A program made the position numbers and the translations under genes. DNA of 64,000 nt from Protoeuglena noctilucae (Eukaryota): the NCBI GenBank assembly GCA_958009085.1, contig OY253684.1, positions 558,001 to 622,000 on the forward strand, read 5' to 3'. Below, one piece after another: positions 59,086-64,000 of this stretch. The number at the start of each line of letters is the position of its first letter. Position 1 is the stretch's first letter. The notes under the pieces are model-generated. The model worked only from the letters and a program-made list of their open reading frames with translations, did no database searches and was not told where the DNA came from.

Positions 59086-60090
59086 TCAGAACTGGACATG
59101 CGTCGAGTCGTTGGCAACGCCGCTCGCAGAGGAGCCGGCCGGGGCGTGCGGCTGCAGCTGCCCGGGCGCCTGCTGGCCCCAGGCAGTGGCGAACCCGCCC
59201 GGTCCCAGCCTCTGACACATTCCCATCAACTTTTCTAAAATACCCCTTCGTGCTGAAAATTTGTCTCGCACTTTGCGATGGGCCTTGTCCAGCCCCATCC
59301 ATGACACCTTGCCCACCTCCCCGGTGTCAACAGCACGTGGGGTGCCGACGCCGTCCCTGACTGTCGCCAGGAAGTAGACCAGGCGCCAGCGCTGTCCCCC
59401 ATCCATGTATTCCTCCACCTCCCTCCAGGGCCAAAATCCCTCGATGTCCTCCCGACTGCAACCCGTCTCCTCCTCGAACTCGCGGAGAGCGCAGGACAAG
59501 TCGCTCTCCCGGTTGATGCGTCGGCCCTTGGGGAAGCCCCACTCGGGCTCGCGGTACTTGGGAGAAGCCGAGGCCGCGAGGGCGGCGACCCAGGCACGGG
59601 TGTAGTCGTGCTTCGCCCTCTCCGGGGAATCCCAGGGCGGCGGGCAGCGCGCGTCGCCGTAGAGCGACCGCCACAGACTGTCGAAGTCCGGGTTCTCGCG
59701 CAGGAGCGCGCGCTCCTCCTCCGCCATCTCTGCCACCAGGCTCGGGCACGCCTTGAAAGCATACCGGCCCCGGACGTAGTCCGTGAACGGATAGCTCCAG
59801 CAAGAGCGCACCATCAGGACTTGCGGTCTGTTGTCAGCCCAGCGAAGGGCGATGATGCCGAACGACTCCGTGGCCTCCGAGCCCGACCGCGCTCCATGGG
59901 GCGGAGCACGGTTGTTTCGCGACCGCCATTCGGCGTCCCCGGGCTGCGTACCCACGGCCTCGGCCACCGGGGACCCTTCCAACAAGGACAGGACGCCCTG
60001 GGGCGCTCCCGCGTCGGGGGCGGTCTCGCCATCGCCGCCAAGGAGGCAGGCGAAGCGGTTGCCGCGGCTCGCATGGACAGCGGCCTTCAT
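59086..60090 (-). CDS. Intronless Nudix hydrolase resembling NCLDV mRNA-decapping enzymes (ASFV g5R/D250R, Mimivirus L375 type)
   Basis: Single 334-aa ORF: ESFGIIALR...VLMVRSCWSYPFTDYVRGRY...EM..EER..L...DFDSLWRSL...EPEWGFPKGRRINRESDLSCALREFEEETG, with a complete GX5EX7REXXEEXG Nudix box. Confidence 0.85.
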   Translation of the reverse strand: MKAAVHASRGNRFACLLGGDGETAPDAGAPQGVLSLLEGSPVAEAVGTQPGDAEWRSRNNRAPPHGARSGSEATESFGIIALRWADNRPQVLMVRSCWSYPFTDYVRGRYAFKACPSLVAEMAEEERALLRENPDFDSLWRSLYGDARCPPPWDSPERAKHDYTRAWVAALAASASPKYREPEWGFPKGRRINRESDLSCALREFEEETGCSREDIEGFWPWREVEEYMDGGQRWRLVYFLATVRDGVGTPRAVDTGEVGKVSWMGLDKAHRKVRDKFSARRGILEKLMGMCQRLGPGGFATAWGQQAPGQLQPHAPAGSSASGVANDSTHVQF

Positions 60091-60296
60091 TTTTTCTCTC
60101 TTCTCGTATGCCAGGGGTCAGGATATCTCGGGAAGTGTGCCCGGAAGTGGTGCGGGCGGCGCTTAATAGGCGTTTGGCGCGTTTCTGGCTGGGACGTGCC
60201 CCGGGTCAAGCCCTCTGGCACAATTGCCCCTCCCGCGACATGGCCGAGCTGGGCTCTGGCTGCGAGACATTGGAATCGGTCCAGGACCGGACGAGC

Positions 60297-62906
60297 ATGG
60301 CAGCGGCGGCGGTGGTCGGAGTGGTCGGGGTGGCGCCCAGCCACGCGGCGTGCTGCCCCGTGCAGCGCGCCGCGCGTGCGCGGGTGAGTTGGCGATGCCG
60401 CTCCTTGTGGCTGTCGCAGAGCCCTGTGTCTAGGGCCCGGGAGGTGGGGTCTGCCGCGGTGGCAGGGCGCTCCAGCGGGGCAGGGACCCCGCGGATTGCC
60501 AAGGGCGACCCCGTCCTCACCGCGGAGATGCTTTCGAAGACGCACGACGGTCAGTCGATGCTGTTTGAGGGGCTGACTTTCACGGTGTGCCGCGGGGAGA
60601 GGGTGGCGCTGGTTGGGAAAAACGGCGTGGGCAAATCCTCGCTGCTGCGCCTCCTCGCGGGCGCGGACAGCGCGTCGGGGGGCCAGGTCACGCGGAGGAA
60701 GGGGCTTACGATCGGATACTGTCCGCAAGACCCGCCGCTCGACCCTGGTGAGGCGCGGCGGGCTCCAGCACTTGAGATGTAGGCTCGCCCGGGGGGCGGC
60801 CTGATGAGACTGCAACAATTGCGTCGTGCCTCTCGCGGTTGCAGATAACACGGCTCTGGAGGTCCTGCTGGGCCACGACACCCCGGCAGCCCGGGCAGCG
60901 CGAGCATTTGAGAGCGCCACTGCCGCGGCTCAGAGCAAGCCGCCCAAAGAGGCGGCCAAAGCGTTGGAGGCCGCGGGGGCAGAGATGGAGCGCACGGGCG
61001 CGTGGCGGCTCGTGTCGGATGCCGAGGCATTGCTGACGTCGCTGGGGCTGTCCGACCGCGCCCTGCGGTGCCGCGACATGTCTGGCGGCCAGCGGCGGCG
61101 TGTCGCCTTGGCCGCCGCCCTCCTGGGGTGAGCCGCGCGACTGCCTCGACCGACTCTGGGTCTGTTGTTTAGACTCGTAATCTGCTCATGGACGCAACGC
61201 CACTCTGCCTCTGCCCGTGCAGGGATCCAGAGCTGTTAGTTCTGGACGAGCCCACCAATCACCTGGATTTCGCCACAATCGACTGGCTGGCGCGTCGGCT
61301 CTGTGCCCCCGGGCTCACGGTCGTCTTCGTGACCCACGACAGGGCGTTTATGGAGGCCGTGTGCACGACGGTGCTGGAGATAGATGCGGGCAGCGTCTTC
61401 GCGCACCAGGTCGGTGGGCCGGGGTCGTACGCCGCGGTGAGGGAGCTGCGGGAGAGCCGGCGGGCGGCACAGCTGGGAGTGGCGACCGACGCCCAGGCAC
61501 GGCTGCGCAAGGAGTCGGCGTGGATGGCGCGGCAGCCCAAGGCCCGGTCGACCAAGTCCAAAGCACGCATTGAGCAATACTACGAGCTCACCAAGCTTGC
61601 GAGGTCTGCGCCTCAGGTGGGGTGGCGCATGGCTTGCTTGTCGAACGGATGCACTGTGCGGCGGGGTGCGTTGGCGGCCGTTCATCAACCCCGCCGATCC
61701 TGAGCGCAGGCGGACAATGCGGTGGACTTCGCCAGCGCCACAGGGACCGAAGCCCCGCGGCAGGGCAACGTGGTGATGGAGCTGGACGGGATTGGGGTGC
61801 GTATGTCGGGCGGGCAGACGCTCTTCAGCGACCTCAACTACGAGTTTGCGCGCGGCGAGCGCGTCGGGATCGTGGGGCGCAATGGCGCGGGCAAGAGCAC
61901 GTTGCTGGACGTGTTGGCAGGGAGGCGTGAGCCTAGCGAGGGGGCGCGGCGGGTCGGGGAGACGACCGTGGTGGGGTATTTCACGCAGCACGTGCCTGAC
62001 ATGCCTGCCGGGGTGAAGATGATTGATTTCTTGACGCGAGTGGCGGCGGACGCGGCCGCGGGCGAGTGGGAGGGCGTGGCAAGGCCCGACGTGCTGCTGG
62101 ACCGTCTGGGCTTCCCTCGCCCCAGGCAGCAGCAGCTCGTGGGGTCGCTGTCGGGCGGGGAGCTTCGGAGGCTCCACCTGGCGTCCGTGCTCGTCGGCAA
62201 CCCCAACTTCCTGTTGGTGAGGACCCACGCAGAGCGGTGCCCGAGCCGCCTGCGGGCCGAGGCTCCAGCGCCACATGGCGTCATCTCATCGTTCCCGGCC
62301 CTCGTCTCGCAGTTGGACGAGCCGACCAATGACTTGGACCTGGCCACGGTGGAGTCTCTGGAAGAGACGCTGGAGAGCTTCCCGGGCACACTCGTGGTCG
62401 TGTCGCACGACAGGGCCTTTCTGGAGAACAGCGCGGACCGCTTGCTGGTGCTGTCGGGGAGTGGCGACGGCGTGGTGCGGCTCTTCGAGGGATCGTACAC
62501 GGACTTTGTCGATTCGGGGCTCAAGGAGGACCAGGGCACAGAGGAGGGGCCCGCAGGGGGTGGGCGAGCGGCACCGCGGGCTGGCGTGGGCGCGAGGGAC
62601 GGGAACGGGAGCGGTTCGGCGGCGAGTGAGGGTCCCAAGCCCGCAAAGCCGCGGCGCCTGAGTAACTGGGAGGAGCGGGAGCTGAGGGAGCTCGAGGTCG
62701 AGGTGGCGAGGCTGGAGGAGCGGCTGGGGGAGCTGGGCGTGGAGATGGAGGCGCAGAGCGCAGAGGGCGATTATGGGGCGGTGGCACGCACGGGCGAGGA
62801 GATGGCGAGGGTGGAGGCGGAGCTGCAGGGCAAGTCGGACCGCTGGCTGGCCCTGGCTGAGGTGGCTGAGGCGGCAGCGGCGGCCGGTGGCGGGGGTGGG
62901 CTGTAG
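60297..62906 (+). CDS. ABC-F family ATPase of bacterial Uup/YfmR type with a probable organellar transit peptide; 5 exons
   Basis: Two ABC cassettes (GKNGVGKS, MSGGQRRR, LVLDEPTNHLD; GRNGAGKS, LSGGELRR, LDEPTNDLD), linker WMARQPKARSTKSKARI, C-terminal coiled coil LSNWEERELRELE...DRWLAL. Alternative start at 60240. Confidence 0.88.
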
Positions 62907-64000
62907 GTCCCTCATGCTGGAGACCCGTTGAGGGATGCACCTATGCCTGCTGCGTTATCCCCCGCCTCCCTCCCCATCTGCGCCGCGTCGGTGTGCATCC
63001 CTGATTGTTGTGCCCCTCGTTGATGTGCCATGATGCTGCAGGCTCTGGCTGGTCGTGGTTGTACCAGGGTGGGTGCGACAGCTCGCATTGAGAATAGCGC
63101 ACCCCGTAGCTGGAGCATCCCCTTGTCGAAGCAGCAACAAGCGCCTGGCGTCAGATCCTGTCCACGTCAGCACCATCCAAGCGCATTCACATTCCCGTAG
63201 CTCGCGGTGCACCTTGTCATCTCACTCCACCTCATCTCATCCGCCGCCTTCGTCCGTCCCACTTCCCAGCGCTTTGACACGGAGCACGAGTGGTGAGCAG
63301 CCCCGGCGATCTGTGCTGACGCTGTCGGAGTGGCCCTGGCTGTCGATTTCAATTTAAGGTTGTCGCGCTCATCTGGAGGCCGGCTTGGGCACCCTCCCGG
63401 CCTCGGAGCGATTCGATAGACGTGGCGAGGTCTTGGCGCCCGCGACGGCAATAATTCTTTATCGGTTTTCCGCCGAGCACCTTCCTTTTTCCCGCTTGCA
63501 GTATCTGGGGGGTGCGGCACGCTGTGTAGTCCTCCGAGCGGCGCGAGGGGCCCCTGTGACCTACGACGCTGAGGCGTGCTGCCTCGGGGCGCGCAGGAGG
63601 GCCGAGCGTTCGCGTTTACAGTTGCGCTGCCTTCGTAACGTCTGTCCTGGGCTCGCGGACATCGCCGCGCTGGCAAGAGCGCGCGCGCTGGGATGACGTC
63701 CCCGCTGTCGTGGGTGGGCTGGAGCTACGCGGAGCCTCGGCCTCAGGGCCAGCCGTACTACGATGACTGGGTGCAGCTGAACAGAAAGGTGAGGGCGGCG
63801 TCGCCCTTCCCGGGATTGCGGTCGCGCCGACGTGACGAAATCCCGTCATCGACACACGCGATTCCGCCGTCCCCGCGAGCCAAGAGACCCGTTTCGGCGC
63901 CCTCGCAGATCCTCGAGGATGCCAACATTGCCACTGCAGAGGGCGCTGGCCCCGCCGCGTGCGAAGGCAAGGTTTCGACGCGGGCCGACGGGAGCGTCGT

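Noticed and set aside
1037..60090. Functional cluster of mRNA-metabolism genes (U2AF35, eRF3, cap MTase, RBM22, decapping Nudix)
   Set aside because: They are scattered among unrelated genes; chance co-occurrence in a compact eukaryotic genome is sufficient.
51000..60100. Larger endogenous giant-virus insertion
   Set aside because: The neighbours of the Nudix gene are intron-containing eukaryotic-type genes; no capsid, polymerase, ATPase, terminal repeats or GC shift was seen.
1..64000. Hundreds of long overlapping R/P/A/G-rich ORFs in the six-frame track
   Set aside because: Expected from high GC and antisense shadows of real exons; they carry no domain motifs.
62907..64000. Possible 3' end of a minus-strand gene or a small ORF
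   Set aside because: No motif or reliable exon structure is visible within the window.

Overview
Gene-dense, GC-rich nuclear DNA from a eukaryote, most likely a flagellated green alga (chlorophyte-type RBCS, PcyA, TMEM138). Genes are split by many short spliceosomal introns, so the six-frame ORF track is fragmentary; the gene models below were joined by eye and their boundaries are approximate. About 21 protein-coding genes are recognisable: U2AF35, HPR, type II peroxiredoxin, CSN7, eRF3, a DIPP-type Nudix hydrolase, a 4x-fasciclin secreted protein, TMEM138, a cap N7-methyltransferase, an unknown membrane protein, a coiled-coil/EF-hand protein, RBCS, an AT-less type I PKS, PcyA, FPGS, cytochrome b561, RBM22, VPS26, a head-to-head paralog pair, an intronless Nudix gene and a Uup-like ABC-F. 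Most notable: (1) an intronless Nudix gene resembling giant-virus mRNA-decapping enzymes, sitting among host genes; (2) a single-module, multi-ACP, AT-less PKS divergent from RBCS, with an apparent in-frame TAA in its KS; (3) a divergent pair of uncharacterised EF-hand/TM/NHL-like proteins with conserved RRL motifs, one copy carrying three 1-nt indels; (4) an unusually high frequency of GC-AG introns. No tRNA, rRNA, CRISPR array or intact mobile element was recognised.
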